The notes: generated by a model not told the origin, from the sequence alone. Counted from the whole stretch's first letter, positions 31,898 to 42,139 are shown. The stretch: DNA of 61,895 nucleotides, filler included, from 6 parts of 6 records of this genome joined end to end with filler, not necessarily neighbours in it; one strand, 5' to 3'. Numbers and translations: made by a program.

Positions 31898-33163
31898 TTA
31901 TTCTCCTTTATTTTTCCAGTGCTCAAGCACTTCGCCTACCGTATGGAATGATCCGGCAACCACTATGACATCTTCCGGCTGTGCACGTGTCAACGCACTT
32001 TCAAATGCCTGAACAGGATTAGAGTATTCGGTTTGTCCATCCGCCAGATGTTGACATAGTTCAGAGGCTGATGCGGCTCTGTCACCCGATAGAGAAGCGG
32101 GATACCAATTATCGACAACCGGCGTTAATGCTTCTATCGTTGCTTCAATGTCTTTGTCATGCAGCATTCCAATTACCATGTGCAGACAACGATTCGCATA
32201 ACGCTGGTTGATTTGAGAGGTAAGGTATTGTGCAGAATGAGGATTATGCGCCACATCCAGAATAATGGTTGGTTGATGGCTAACAATCTGCATACGGCCA
32301 GCAAGTGTCGCCTTACGTAGACCCTCAACAATATTAATATCACTCAACTCTAATCCAGAAGCCCCTAAAGCCATAAGAGCGGTTGCCGCATTAGCAAGAG
32401 GAAAAGCAGGTACTGGTAGATCAGTGAGCTCAAATGGCCCGCTGTGCCATTTCCACAACGTGTCCGAAACCAGTTCATAATCAAACTGAATGCCGACTTG
32501 ATAAAAGTCTGCTCCAATATCATCAGAATGGGCGGCAACGGTCGAAGGTGGCTTAGGCTGCCCACAAATAGCGGGTTTGCCACAACGGAAGATACCCGCT
32601 TTTTCAAAGCCGATAACGTTAATATCGTCACCCAGCCAGTCAACGTGATCGACAGCCAAGCTAGTAATAACCGAGACGTCATGATCAACGACATTGGTTG
32701 CATCTAAACGCCCACCAAGACCAACTTCGAGTAGTACCACGTCAACTTTCTCTGTTTGGAAGAGACGTAACGCGGCCAGAGTGCCAAACTCAAAAAAGCT
32801 CAGACTGATATCACCGCGAACTTGCTCGATATAGGCAAAAGCGGCGGTATGCTGCTCATCAGACGCATCAGCGCCATTGATACGGACACGTTCGTTATAA
32901 CGAATCAAATGTGGGGAGCTGTACACTCCGACCGAGTAACCAGCGTCAAGAAGAATGCTTTCCATTAAAGCGCAGGTGGAGCCTTTACCATTTGTTCCGG
33001 CCACAGTAATAACTGTCGGTGCTGGTTTCGTAAGAGAGGCTTTAGTCGCTACTGCTGCAACGCGGTCTAGACCTAAATCGATAGCAGAGGTGTGGATATG
33101 AGTTAAATAATCAAGCCACATCGATAGTGGAGATGTGGCTTGAGGAGTTGGGTTGTACTTCAT
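31898..33163 (-). CDS. folC: dihydrofolate synthase/folylpolyglutamate synthase
   Basis: VAGTNGKGST, LEVGLGGRLDATN, LDVAHN. Confidence 0.97.
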   Translation of the reverse strand: MKYNPTPQATSPLSMWLDYLTHIHTSAIDLGLDRVAAVATKASLTKPAPTVITVAGTNGKGSTCALMESILLDAGYSVGVYSSPHLIRYNERVRINGADASDEQHTAAFAYIEQVRGDISLSFFEFGTLAALRLFQTEKVDVVLLEVGLGGRLDATNVVDHDVSVITSLAVDHVDWLGDDINVIGFEKAGIFRCGKPAICGQPKPPSTVAAHSDDIGADFYQVGIQFDYELVSDTLWKWHSGPFELTDLPVPAFPLANAATALMALGASGLELSDINIVEGLRKATLAGRMQIVSHQPTIILDVAHNPHSAQYLTSQINQRYANRCLHMVIGMLHDKDIEATIEALTPVVDNWYPASLSGDRAASASELCQHLADGQTEYSNPVQAFESALTRAQPEDVIVVAGSFHTVGEVLEHWKNKGE

Positions 33164-33207
33164 CTAACCTAGAACCATTGTTATATTTGGTTTTGTCAGC
33201 GACTACT

Positions 33208-34134
33208 TTACCCTTTTTTGTCAGCTTCTGGTACTGAATATGGTTCTTCCTGTGGCGCATCGTTCACAGAAACTACTAGAGGCGACTTTTGATTTGTCAT
33301 CTTAGCCAGTAAACCAGCAACGCGTTGGCGCATTTCACGACGGTCAACGATCATATCGATAGCTCCGTGCTCTAGCAGGAACTCGCTGCGTTGGAAACCT
33401 TCTGGTAGATCTTCACGTACAGTCTGTTCGATAACACGACGGCCAGCAAAACCAATCAATGCTTTCGGTTCACCAATGTTCACATCACCTAGCATCGCCA
33501 AACTTGCAGAAACACCGCCCATGGTTGGGTCAGTCATAACTGAAATAAATGGCAAGCCTTTATTCGAAAGACGTTCTAGCGCAGCACTGGTTTTCGCCAT
33601 TTGCATTAGAGACATTAGTGCCTCTTGCATGCGAGCACCACCACTTGCAGAGAAACAAACTAAACCACAGTTTCTTTCAATAGCCGATTCAACAGCTCGA
33701 ACGAAACGAGCTCCAACAACAGAACCCATAGAACCGCCCATGAAAGAGAACTCAAACGCACAAGCCACTAGAGGAATGCCATGCAGTTCGCCATTCATAA
33801 CGATTAACGCATCTTTTTCGCCACTGTTTTTTTGGGCTGCAGCGATACGTTCTTTATAGCGTTTTGAATCTTTAAACTTCAGCTTATCTTGCGGCTCAAG
33901 CTCATTTGCAATCTCTTGACGGTTAGTTTCATCCAAGAAAGTTTCAAGACGACGACGCGCTTTCATGCGCATGTGGTGATTACACTTAGGACAAACTTCA
34001 AGATTACGCTCTAATTCAGCGTGGTAAAGCACTTGTTCACAAGAAGTACACTTCGTCCAAACACCTTCAGGAATAGAAGCTTTACGTGAGTGTACTATGT
34101 TGCTTTTTTCTAAAATCTTTTCAAGCCAACTCAT
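33208..34134 (-). CDS. accD: acetyl-CoA carboxylase carboxyltransferase beta subunit
   Basis: Zn finger [20 protein letters not shown]. Confidence 0.98.
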   Translation of the reverse strand: MSWLEKILEKSNIVHSRKASIPEGVWTKCTSCEQVLYHAELERNLEVCPKCNHHMRMKARRRLETFLDETNRQEIANELEPQDKLKFKDSKRYKERIAAAQKNSGEKDALIVMNGELHGIPLVACAFEFSFMGGSMGSVVGARFVRAVESAIERNCGLVCFSASGGARMQEALMSLMQMAKTSAALERLSNKGLPFISVMTDPTMGGVSASLAMLGDVNIGEPKALIGFAGRRVIEQTVREDLPEGFQRSEFLLEHGAIDMIVDRREMRQRVAGLLAKMTNQKSPLVVSVNDAPQEEPYSVPEADKKG

Positions 34135-34319
34135 AGAAGACCTTTTACTTTCTGAACCTTCCGCTTAGTGCGAAAGATTTAAATTCGACAAAAACGCGTG
34201 TGGATTAAAGCATAGAAAATGCCAACTGTAGACAAAAAACTGGTTGTACCTATTTTTTGAACTCGTTTAACACACGTAATCCTTTAAATTTTGAGCCAAT
34301 TACTACACTTTAGTTCAAA

Positions 34320-35117
34320 TTAGTTCAAATTATCAGGTAAGAAAAGTGGCCCAAGTGGCGGTTGTGGTAATTCAAACTCCGCAGGGTAATCCACATCAAC
34401 CAAGTACAACCCTTCCGCTTTGGCTGTTGCACCCGCTAAATCGCGATTTTTTTCAGCAAGTAACCACTCGATCCATTCCGGTTGTTTTTCACCACGGCCA
34501 ACAGCAATCAAACTGCCAGTAATGTTTCTTACCATGTGATGAACAAAAGCATTAGCTTTGATATCAATCACAACATACCGTTCGTGGCGAGTTACGTTTA
34601 AGTGCATGATATTACGCCAAGGACTACGTGACTGACAATGCGCAGCTCTAAAAGAAGTGAAGTCATTCTCACCTAACAGGTACTGTCCGGCCTGATGCAT
34701 CTTCTCGGCATCTAATTCACCGTGATAATGGCTAACGCCGGATGACAGTATACCGGGGCGGTATGCGTGGTTGTATATCACATAACGATAGCGGCGTGCT
34801 GTAGCAGTAAAACGCGCATGAAATTCCTCAGGGACTTCTTTCGCCCAACGTACCGCAATATCTTTCGGTAAGTTCGCGTTTGCGCCCATTGTCCACGCAA
34901 CCATTTTTCGCGTAGCGGTTGTATCAAAGTGAACCACTTGCCCTGTTCCATGTACTCCAGCGTCTGTACGACCTGCACATTGGACTTCAACAGGATGATT
35001 GGCAATGACCGACAGGGCTTTTTCTAGTTCTTGCTGAACACTTGCAACTTCTCTTTGTCGCTGCCAACCAAAGTAATGAGTACCATCATACTCAATACCC
35101 AACGCAATTCTCATCAT
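34320..35117 (-). CDS. truA: tRNA pseudouridine(38-40) synthase
   Basis: [23 protein letters not shown]. Confidence 0.98.
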   Translation of the reverse strand: MMRIALGIEYDGTHYFGWQRQREVASVQQELEKALSVIANHPVEVQCAGRTDAGVHGTGQVVHFDTTATRKMVAWTMGANANLPKDIAVRWAKEVPEEFHARFTATARRYRYVIYNHAYRPGILSSGVSHYHGELDAEKMHQAGQYLLGENDFTSFRAAHCQSRSPWRNIMHLNVTRHERYVVIDIKANAFVHHMVRNITGSLIAVGRGEKQPEWIEWLLAEKNRDLAGATAKAEGLYLVDVDYPAEFELPQPPLGPLFLPDNLN

Positions 35118-35244
35118 TTGTTACTCTCTCTGAGGCTTGTAGACCTAGGGGCAATACCCCTAAGGGCGGGCAGTATAATATCAATCGCTCTATATTTCTA
35201 ATGGTCAAAAATAAGGGGAGCCTCAAGCTCCCCTGTCTATTTAG

Positions 35245-36113
35245 CTACGCCCGTCCATTAATGACATCGATTAAGTGCTTGGCTTGTTGTCGAATGTCAT
35301 CACTTCCATCCACAATGGCTTCTTCAAGTAGCTTGATAGCCCCTTTATCGTCGTTCATTTCAATATAAATCTTAGCTAAATCTAGCTTACTCGCAGCTTC
35401 CGCGTTGTTATCGACATCAAAATCGGAAACATCACCAATCACGTCAGGGAACTCATTCAGGCCCACATCGAGCTTGAGTTCTTCTTCATCAAGATTTAAA
35501 GACTCACCATCATCCAGCTCCGTTTGAGCCATCAGTTCATCGATGGTCATAAACTTACTGGTTGATGGATCAAACTCTGCAAATACATCCTGACTGCCCC
35601 AATTTTCTTCAGCGACTTCTGGCTCCTGAACTTGATTTTCAGGCTGCCAGACATCTCGCTCGGCTTCTGGAACTTCATCAGAAATCGTCGCTTGTTGGTC
35701 AGGCGTTAAGTTGAAACCATTCCAATCTTCACCACCGACTTCAAGCATGGCATCGATATCCATCCCTGCACTGTCGATCGATTGAGCGTCGATAGGCTTA
35801 TCAAAATCAAAACTCGCGCTTTGCTCATCGTCTTCTGAAAGCCAGTCAGAAAGAGCCTGCTCATCGAACTCTTGTTTAGCAATATCGGTGAGATTAACTT
35901 CGTTTTTAGCTACAGATTCGTCAACATCATCGATTTCTGCTGCTTCTGAATCGACTAACGCATCGTCTTCGGTGTACTCAGGAAGCTCTAATTCGTCAAG
36001 TTCAACAACATCATCTTCGGCGACAGGCTCACTTTCTTCATCGACAACAGGATCGGAATCCGCTAACGCGTCTTCTTCGGTATACTCAGGAAGCTCTAAA
36101 TCGTCGAACTCAG
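35245..36113 (-). CDS. hubP: FimV/HubP polar landmark protein, C-terminal part
   Basis: Frame stays open to the contig end; acidic repeats LELPEYTE.DAL; C-terminal KLDLAKIYIEM FimV motif; upstream of truA. Confidence 0.9.
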
Positions 36114-36213
36114 NNNNNNNNNNNNNNNNNNNNNNNNNNNNNNNNNNNNNNNNNNNNTTAATTAATTAANNNNNNNNNNNNNNNNNNNNNNNNNNNNNNN
36201 NNNNNNNNNNNNN
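36114..36213. other. artificial contig linker
   Basis: N run with TTAATTAATTAA. Confidence 0.98.
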
Positions 36214-36241
36214 GCGTGTCTACCAATTCCACCACTTCGGC
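36214..36241 (-). tRNA. tRNA-Leu-type gene, 5' part (truncated by contig edge)
   Basis: GCCGAAGTGGTGGAATTGGTAGACACGC on minus strand; TTGCCA-17-TAAACC promoter-like sequence upstream; anticodon not visible. Confidence 0.8.
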
Positions 36242-36431
36242 ACTCGGTAGAAAAGGGTTTATTGATTTCGACTTGCTTTGGCAAGAACTTTTTTTGTTAA
36301 ATCGTAAATAAATTGTAATAAAGTTGTTTCAGGCGGAAAGGTGTCACTCAAAAAGTAAGGGTTTTCTAATTGTGGAGCCTGTTTACTCCTGTTATATAAA
36401 GCCAAGTTTGAAATTTAATAAGGGGGAAGTT

Positions 36432-37472
36432 ATGGACCCGTCCACGCTGGTTCCGGCCGCTATTGGTATCTCTGTTCATCCTATCTGGCCGGTAACTCTT
36501 TCGATTATCACCTTTTCCGTTCACCTATTGCTCATGAATGCGGTTTTCGGGGGAGCTACCATAGTTTTTGTTCATTCCCTTTCAGGAGGGACATCAATTT
36601 CCCGAAATATTTCTAAAAAACTGCCGACCCTGTTGGCTCTGGCTATTAATGCCGGAGTTCCGCCGCTTTTGTTCTTGCAGGCGGTCTACGGCCAGTTCAG
36701 CTATGTTTCATCAATTCTGATGGCTGTGTTCTGGTTGGCGGTGATTGCAGCCCTGATCAGCGGTTACTATGGTCTGTATTTTCATAATTATCGTTATGAA
36801 AAGCTAGGTATATCAGGACGTAGGCTGACCATGCTGGCTGTGCTGAGTATGACTGTTTACATCGGCTTCATGCTTTCCAATAAAATGACCTTGATGTTGC
36901 GCCCGGAGGTCTGGCCCGAATATTTTTCCGATCCGAACGGGTTTAATCTCAATCTGAGCGATCCGGTTCTTTATCCACGGTTCATGCATTTTGTCATTTC
37001 TGCGCTGGCAGTGGGCGGGCTTTTTGTGGCCCTTGTGGGGAAACGTAGAGGCGATTCTGATTTTGTTGCTACGGGCATGAAATGGTTCTCCCGTTCAACA
37101 TTGGTAAATGTGCTCATGGGGTTCTGGTTTTTGGTGGCCCTGCCCAAAGAAGTTATGCTCATCTTCATGGGCGGTGATATGCTGGCTACTGTGCTGCTTT
37201 GTGTTGGGCTGCTCGCAACTTTTGCCATGCTCCATGCCGGATTCACGAAAAATGTTTACTGGGCTACCGCAGCAACGGTGTTTATCGTCCCGGTCATGGC
37301 AATTATGCGCCACCTTGTGCGCCAGAAATATCTAGAGCCGTATTTCTCGCTTGATACTGCCCCTGTCTCAGGGCAATGGGGTCCTTTCATCCTTTTCATT
37401 GTCTCACTCATTGCAGGTGGATTCTGCATCGTCTACATGTTGAAACTCATGCTCAAGGCTGAAAGGAGTTAA
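36432..37472 (+). CDS. CydA-fold-like membrane cytochrome b partner subunit
   Basis: Multi-TM protein with His in HLLLMN, RFMHF, MRHLVR; ATG 36432 after AGGGGG; coupled to next gene. Confidence 0.65.
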   Translation: MDPSTLVPAAIGISVHPIWPVTLSIITFSVHLLLMNAVFGGATIVFVHSLSGGTSISRNISKKLPTLLALAINAGVPPLLFLQAVYGQFSYVSSILMAVFWLAVIAALISGYYGLYFHNYRYEKLGISGRRLTMLAVLSMTVYIGFMLSNKMTLMLRPEVWPEYFSDPNGFNLNLSDPVLYPRFMHFVISALAVGGLFVALVGKRRGDSDFVATGMKWFSRSTLVNVLMGFWFLVALPKEVMLIFMGGDMLATVLLCVGLLATFAMLHAGFTKNVYWATAATVFIVPVMAIMRHLVRQKYLEPYFSLDTAPVSGQWGPFILFIVSLIAGGFCIVYMLKLMLKAERS

Positions 37473-39940
37473 TGATGGAATATCCAATCTGGCATTTAAC
37501 GACTTTCGGCGGTGGTTTTTGGATCGCGTTAATTGCGACCATACACGTATTTGTGGCCCAGTTTGCCGTTGGGGGTGGGCTGTTTCTGGTGGTCACTGAG
37601 AAGCTGGCTTACAAAACTGAATCAAGCGAACTACTCGATTACGTTAAAAAGCATTCCAAATTTTTCCTGCTGTTGACCATGGTCTTCGGCGGCGGGACCG
37701 GGGTGGCCCTCTGGTTCACCATGGCCCTGCTCAGTCCGCAAGGAACCCTTGTGCTGGTCCGCGAATTTTTATTTGCCTGGGCCACGGAATGGGTCTGGTT
37801 TGTGGGCGAGATCATTGCTTTGCTCATCTACTATTACTATTGGGATAAGATGAACCGCCGCGATCACCTAATCATAGGCTGGTTCTACTTCCTGTTCGCT
37901 TTCCTGTCCCTGTTCACCATCAACGGGGTGGTCTCCTTCATGCTCACACCCGGTGTTTGGGCGGAAACCCGCAGCTTCTGGGATGCCATCTTTAACCCCA
38001 CCTTCTGGCCCGCACTCTTTTTCAGAACTGCTCTTTGCGGTATGCTGGCCGGACTGTTCGGCTTTGTAACTGCTGCGCGGATCAAGGATAAGGATCTGCG
38101 TTGTATGCTGGTCCGGTTTTGCGGTATTTGGACCCTGACCGGGTTGGTTCTGACCGTATTTTCCGGTTACTGGTACCTGAGTTATCTGCCTGCCGAACAG
38201 GCTATGCTGGTGGTTCATAAATCACACCGCGTGGCTTTCTTCATGCAAGTTTTCAAATACACCGCTCCGGTACTGCTCTTCGGTGGGCTGTTCATGGCTA
38301 TCTGTGCGCCGCTTCGGGTCAATTTCAGCTCCGCAATGGTCATGCTGGTGGTGGCCCTGATGTTTTACGGCTCCTTCGAATTTATGCGTGAAGCAGGCCG
38401 TAAGCCATATGTTATCTGGGGTGAGGTTTATTCCACTAACATCACTGTGGAGCAGGCTAAAGAGATGCATGGTGAATCAATCCTGCGAAACGCTAAATGG
38501 GTTCCGCAGGATTTGCGTGAGATTACTGACGATAACCGTCTTAAAGCCGGATCATGGCTTTATCAAATGGAATGCGCTCCCTGCCACGCCATTAACGGTC
38601 CCATGAATGATATTGTGCGCCGCACATCGAAATACACCGCTGCCGGACTTGATGCCTTTATCTCTGGCATAGGCAAAGTTAATAAATACATGCCCGAATT
38701 CATCGGAACAGCAGAAGAACGCAAGGTGCTTGCGGAATATATCCATTCTGTTGGTGCGGGATATGATCCCGTCTTGCCGGGACCGGAAGAGACTGAGCTT
38801 GAATCAGCACCTTTTGAAGCTGATCAGGAATACGTACTTATGGCTTGGACGCTGGAAGGGTTGCGCTTGATCATCGATAAGGATCGGACCATGTCCATCA
38901 CAGACAAGGGCAGCATAGTTCGCGCTCAACTCATTCTGCGTGGTGATTCCCCGGAAATAATCACTGAAGATGTAAAGATAGTCTGCAAACCGCAGGGTAT
39001 GGATAAAAGTTTCGCACTGGCAGCCGAAGACGGTTATTTCCAGTCCGGAGCCATTGAAATTCTGCCTTATACTATGGAGGTTTACCAGCCTTTGCCCCCG
39101 GTGGAAGTGCAGGCCCTTGATGCAGATGGAAACATCCTCGCTACGACGACTATTGTGCTTCCGGTTTCCACCCGTCCGGGCTGTAACAACTGCCATGGCG
39201 GGGGTTGGGATATACCGGAGCAGGGTGGCTTCTCTGTCCGCACTGCAACGGATATCTCCGGGGTGCATGACCGGGACAACAAGACCAACTTCAAGCAACG
39301 CATCAAGGATGGCGAGATCATAGATTGTATGGGCTGCCATGACGGTGAATCGCAGCTCAATTTGTCCACCGCTCTGCATGGTTTCCACGCAGTCTATCTT
39401 TCCGAAAGGGAGAACGATGCCTGCATGATGTGCCATCCGCAGGAAAGCCTGCGCGGGGTGCATGTCGATGCCGGAATGGAGTGTGTAAACTGCCACGGCG
39501 GCATGGAAAACCACGCTCTTGCCTTGCTTAAGGGTGAGGAACAGAAGCCCGCAGCCAAACAGCTTATGAAGCTGATTACTCCGGTTGATTATGAGCTTGA
39601 TGAAATCAACTCGCGTCAGCCAAACGTGCAGCAGCCCGCTTGCCTGACCTGTCATGTCGAGTTTGCTGATCCTGATTCGGATTCAGCTTTCAATGAATGG
39701 ACTGAAGACAAGGAAGGTTTGTTCCGCAACCGCAAGGATGAAATGGATGCGGTAATGTGCGCAGCCTGCCATAACGCACCGCATGCGATATTCCCGGCAG
39801 CAGATGAGCGCGACAATTTGCGTCCGCTGCAATATATGGGCGAAGCACAGCCCATAGGAGCAGCCGGGACCTGCACGGTCTGCCACGAGGATGACATGGG
39901 GTATCCGGCTCACCATCCCGGAATGGGGTTGGAAGAATAA
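37472..39940 (+). CDS. cytochrome bd subunit I (CydA)-like domain fused to octaheme cytochrome c
   Basis: N-terminal HVFVAQFAVGGG, EWVWFVGE, REAGRKPY motifs; eight CxxCH (CAPCH, CNNCH, CMGCH, CMMCH, CVNCH, CLTCH, CAACH, CTVCH). Confidence 0.85.
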   Translation: MMEYPIWHLTTFGGGFWIALIATIHVFVAQFAVGGGLFLVVTEKLAYKTESSELLDYVKKHSKFFLLLTMVFGGGTGVALWFTMALLSPQGTLVLVREFLFAWATEWVWFVGEIIALLIYYYYWDKMNRRDHLIIGWFYFLFAFLSLFTINGVVSFMLTPGVWAETRSFWDAIFNPTFWPALFFRTALCGMLAGLFGFVTAARIKDKDLRCMLVRFCGIWTLTGLVLTVFSGYWYLSYLPAEQAMLVVHKSHRVAFFMQVFKYTAPVLLFGGLFMAICAPLRVNFSSAMVMLVVALMFYGSFEFMREAGRKPYVIWGEVYSTNITVEQAKEMHGESILRNAKWVPQDLREITDDNRLKAGSWLYQMECAPCHAINGPMNDIVRRTSKYTAAGLDAFISGIGKVNKYMPEFIGTAEERKVLAEYIHSVGAGYDPVLPGPEETELESAPFEADQEYVLMAWTLEGLRLIIDKDRTMSITDKGSIVRAQLILRGDSPEIITEDVKIVCKPQGMDKSFALAAEDGYFQSGAIEILPYTMEVYQPLPPVEVQALDADGNILATTTIVLPVSTRPGCNNCHGGGWDIPEQGGFSVRTATDISGVHDRDNKTNFKQRIKDGEIIDCMGCHDGESQLNLSTALHGFHAVYLSERENDACMMCHPQESLRGVHVDAGMECVNCHGGMENHALALLKGEEQKPAAKQLMKLITPVDYELDEINSRQPNVQQPACLTCHVEFADPDSDSAFNEWTEDKEGLFRNRKDEMDAVMCAACHNAPHAIFPAADERDNLRPLQYMGEAQPIGAAGTCTVCHEDDMGYPAHHPGMGLEE

Positions 39941-39945
39941 ACAAA

Positions 39946-39982
39946 AAAAGCCCGGTTCGAACAAGGTTCGAACCGGGCTTTT
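39946..39982. terminator. bidirectional intrinsic terminator
   Basis: AAAAGCCCGGTTCGAAC...GTTCGAACCGGGCTTTT between convergent genes. Confidence 0.9.
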
Positions 39983-39995
39983 AAATTATTAAAGA

Positions 39996-41561
39996 CTAGC
40001 CTTTTCTCAACAAAGGTCTTTCGTTCTTGGAAGCCCTGTTCACAGCGCGCATTACGTTATCGGAATCACCTGCGGGCACGGTGAAGGTGGACTGGCGTCC
40101 CTGAATCTTCACGTGCTGGATGCGTACGGGATTGATGCGTGCGCGGCGGCAGATCATATCTACCAGTTTACGCGGGGTCATGCCGTGGGAGCGACCTACG
40201 CCTGCGGTGAAGCGTACGCGGCCACGGTTAGCATTGGGTCCGCCGCATTCTTCGATCTTGCGGTAGCTGCGTTTATCGAGAACGCCGCCCTGAGAATGCT
40301 TGAGCAGTGCTGCAACAGCTTCAATAGGATCAACGCCTTCGAGCAGTTCGTGAGCGAGGTCGAGGTAGGAAAGATGCTTGCCTGCATCAACAATCTCGCT
40401 CAGCTCAGCGCCCATGCGGGATTTTTTCACATCGATAACCTGATCAATGGTCGGCAGTGGCTTCTTGTCTACACGGAGCTTGGTTACTTTAGTGATGTAA
40501 CGCAGCTTACCGAATTCACGGGGTGAAATCAGAGTTACAGCAACACCTTTTTTGCCGGCACGACCAGTACGGCCAACGCGGTGTACAAAGCTCTGCGGGT
40601 CCTGCGGCAGTGCAAAGTTAACAACGTGGGAAAGATCGGGAACGTCGATACCACGGGCAGCAACGTCAGTAGCCACGAGGATTTTACAGCGGCGTTTGCG
40701 GAAACGCATGAGGATATCTTCGCGGCGGGCCTGTGAAAGATCACCGTGAATAGGCTCAGCAGGGTAGCCGCGCTCAGCAAGGGTTCCGGCTACGCGGTCG
40801 GCATCAGCACGGGTGCGGCAGAATACCAGGCCGTAGAACTCGGGCTGTGCATCAACAACACGGCAGAGTGCTTCAAAGCGGTCACGCTCGTTGACTTCGT
40901 GAAAAAGGAGTTCGGTGAGCTGTGCTTCGTCTTTTTCGCGCTTAACTGCGATGACATCGTAATCACCCATGAATTTCTTGGCGATACGCATGACTTCGGG
41001 AGGCATGGTAGCGGAAAAGAGCAGGGTGCGGCGATCTTCGCCAGCATTTTCCATGATCTCGGATACTTCTTCAAGGAAGCCCATGTTGCACATTTCGTCA
41101 GCTTCATCGAGGACGAAGTTGTTGATCTGGGAAAGGTTGAGGGTCTTGCGGCGGATGTGGTCCAGTACACGGCCGGGAGTACCGACAACGATGTCTGCAC
41201 CGCGTTTGAGGGCTTTCAGCTGCGGAAGCATAGGCTGTCCGCCATAGACGGTGGCAACGAAAATTTTGCGTTTGCCGCGGAAAGACATGATCTCATCTGC
41301 AACCTGAAGAGCCAGTTCGCGAGTCGGAGCCAGAACAATAGCCTGAACATGTCCTGCGCCTTCGCGGATATTTTCAATAATAGGCAGGCCGAAAGCTGCG
41401 GTCTTACCTGTTCCGGTCTGGGCCTGACCCACAATGTCTTTCTCGCCGGAAAGAAGCATGGGGATAGTCTTTTCCTGAATAGGGGTAGGAGCGGTAAAAC
41501 CTTTTTTTTCAAGGGCTTCAATAGTGGCGTCGGAAAGGCCTAAATTTCTAAATTTTTCCAT
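39996..41561 (-). CDS. DEAD-box RNA helicase with C-terminal DbpA-type RNA-binding domain (DeaD/CsdA-like)
   Basis: Q motif, AQTGTGKT, PTRELA, DEAD, SAT, HRVGRTGRAG; C-terminal RFTAGVGRSHGMTP..LV...I.HVKI...STF.VP. Confidence 0.95.
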   Translation of the reverse strand: MEKFRNLGLSDATIEALEKKGFTAPTPIQEKTIPMLLSGEKDIVGQAQTGTGKTAAFGLPIIENIREGAGHVQAIVLAPTRELALQVADEIMSFRGKRKIFVATVYGGQPMLPQLKALKRGADIVVGTPGRVLDHIRRKTLNLSQINNFVLDEADEMCNMGFLEEVSEIMENAGEDRRTLLFSATMPPEVMRIAKKFMGDYDVIAVKREKDEAQLTELLFHEVNERDRFEALCRVVDAQPEFYGLVFCRTRADADRVAGTLAERGYPAEPIHGDLSQARREDILMRFRKRRCKILVATDVAARGIDVPDLSHVVNFALPQDPQSFVHRVGRTGRAGKKGVAVTLISPREFGKLRYITKVTKLRVDKKPLPTIDQVIDVKKSRMGAELSEIVDAGKHLSYLDLAHELLEGVDPIEAVAALLKHSQGGVLDKRSYRKIEECGGPNANRGRVRFTAGVGRSHGMTPRKLVDMICRRARINPVRIQHVKIQGRQSTFTVPAGDSDNVMRAVNRASKNERPLLRKG

Positions 41562-41874
41562 GATATTTTATCTCTCTAAATGCAGTAAATATAAAAGTTG
41601 TATTAAAAAGGGCAAAAAAACAGAGCAGCGCGCTCCAGTTCTCAGCTGGGCGCGTGTTTGATTCCCATTTCAGCTATTCCGGTTTTATAAAAATCGGTTC
41701 GTGTATTCTTAATTGCTGGCAAAAGTACAGCAATGCAAAGCAGCGCGCGAATTTCGCGGTCTGTTTCGGGATATTCCGGTCTGGCGGAAAAGGGGTGAAA
41801 AACAATGCAATACCTGCCCCTTAAACGCAGGGGAGGTTTGTAGCTACCGTAATAAATGTCCGGTATTTTTTGGA

Positions 41875-42104
41875 GGGACCGTCCGGTTATCTCGATCTAC
41901 TTAAGGAGGGGTAAAACTCATCAAGGGCAGATCGTACTTTCTCCTGAAACAGCAAGGCGAACTGCCTGCATAACTGGTCCCAATCTTCTAATTAGGTCTC
42001 AGGGGAATCGTCACATAAGGACGATGTACGAAACAGGTACACTGCCCTTGCAATTAAAAACTCGGGTCTCTCTGGACCCAAAACAACCGGATATGGACGG
42101 ACGC
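41875..42104 (-). ncRNA. candidate structured RNA of unknown family upstream of the DEAD-box helicase
   Basis: At least seven nested helices; G-U bias favours the minus strand; promoter-like element directly upstream (see findings). Confidence 0.65.
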
Positions 42105-42109
42105 GAGAA

Positions 42110-42139
42110 GCCTTAAGCACCGAATGGGGGTTGGGTCAA
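42110..42139 (-). promoter_or_regulatory. putative sigma70 promoter for the structured RNA/helicase leader
   Basis: TTGACC-18nt-TAAGGC on minus strand; predicted start ~42104 falls at the 5' end of the closing helix. Confidence 0.45.

Noticed and set aside
35950-36113. Tandem DNA repeats as a CRISPR or mobile repeat
   Set aside because: They encode the acidic repeats of HubP/FimV
22304-36113. Novel features in the Vibrio-type contig
   Set aside because: Gene order and regulatory sites (sigma54 motY promoter, PurR box) are the expected housekeeping arrangement
38804-39655. 283-aa minus-strand ORF
   Set aside because: Antisense to the multiheme cytochrome
40746-41543. 265-aa plus-strand ORF
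   Set aside because: Antisense shadow of the DEAD-box helicase
42001-42060. GGGAA...ACTGCCCTTGCAA as a cobalamin riboswitch fragment
   Set aside because: Lacks the rest of the B12 box; these bases are used in the 9-bp helix of the larger structure
41856-42116. 86-aa plus-strand ORF over the structured region
   Set aside because: No SD or motif; the nested helices and minus-strand G-U bias fit an RNA better
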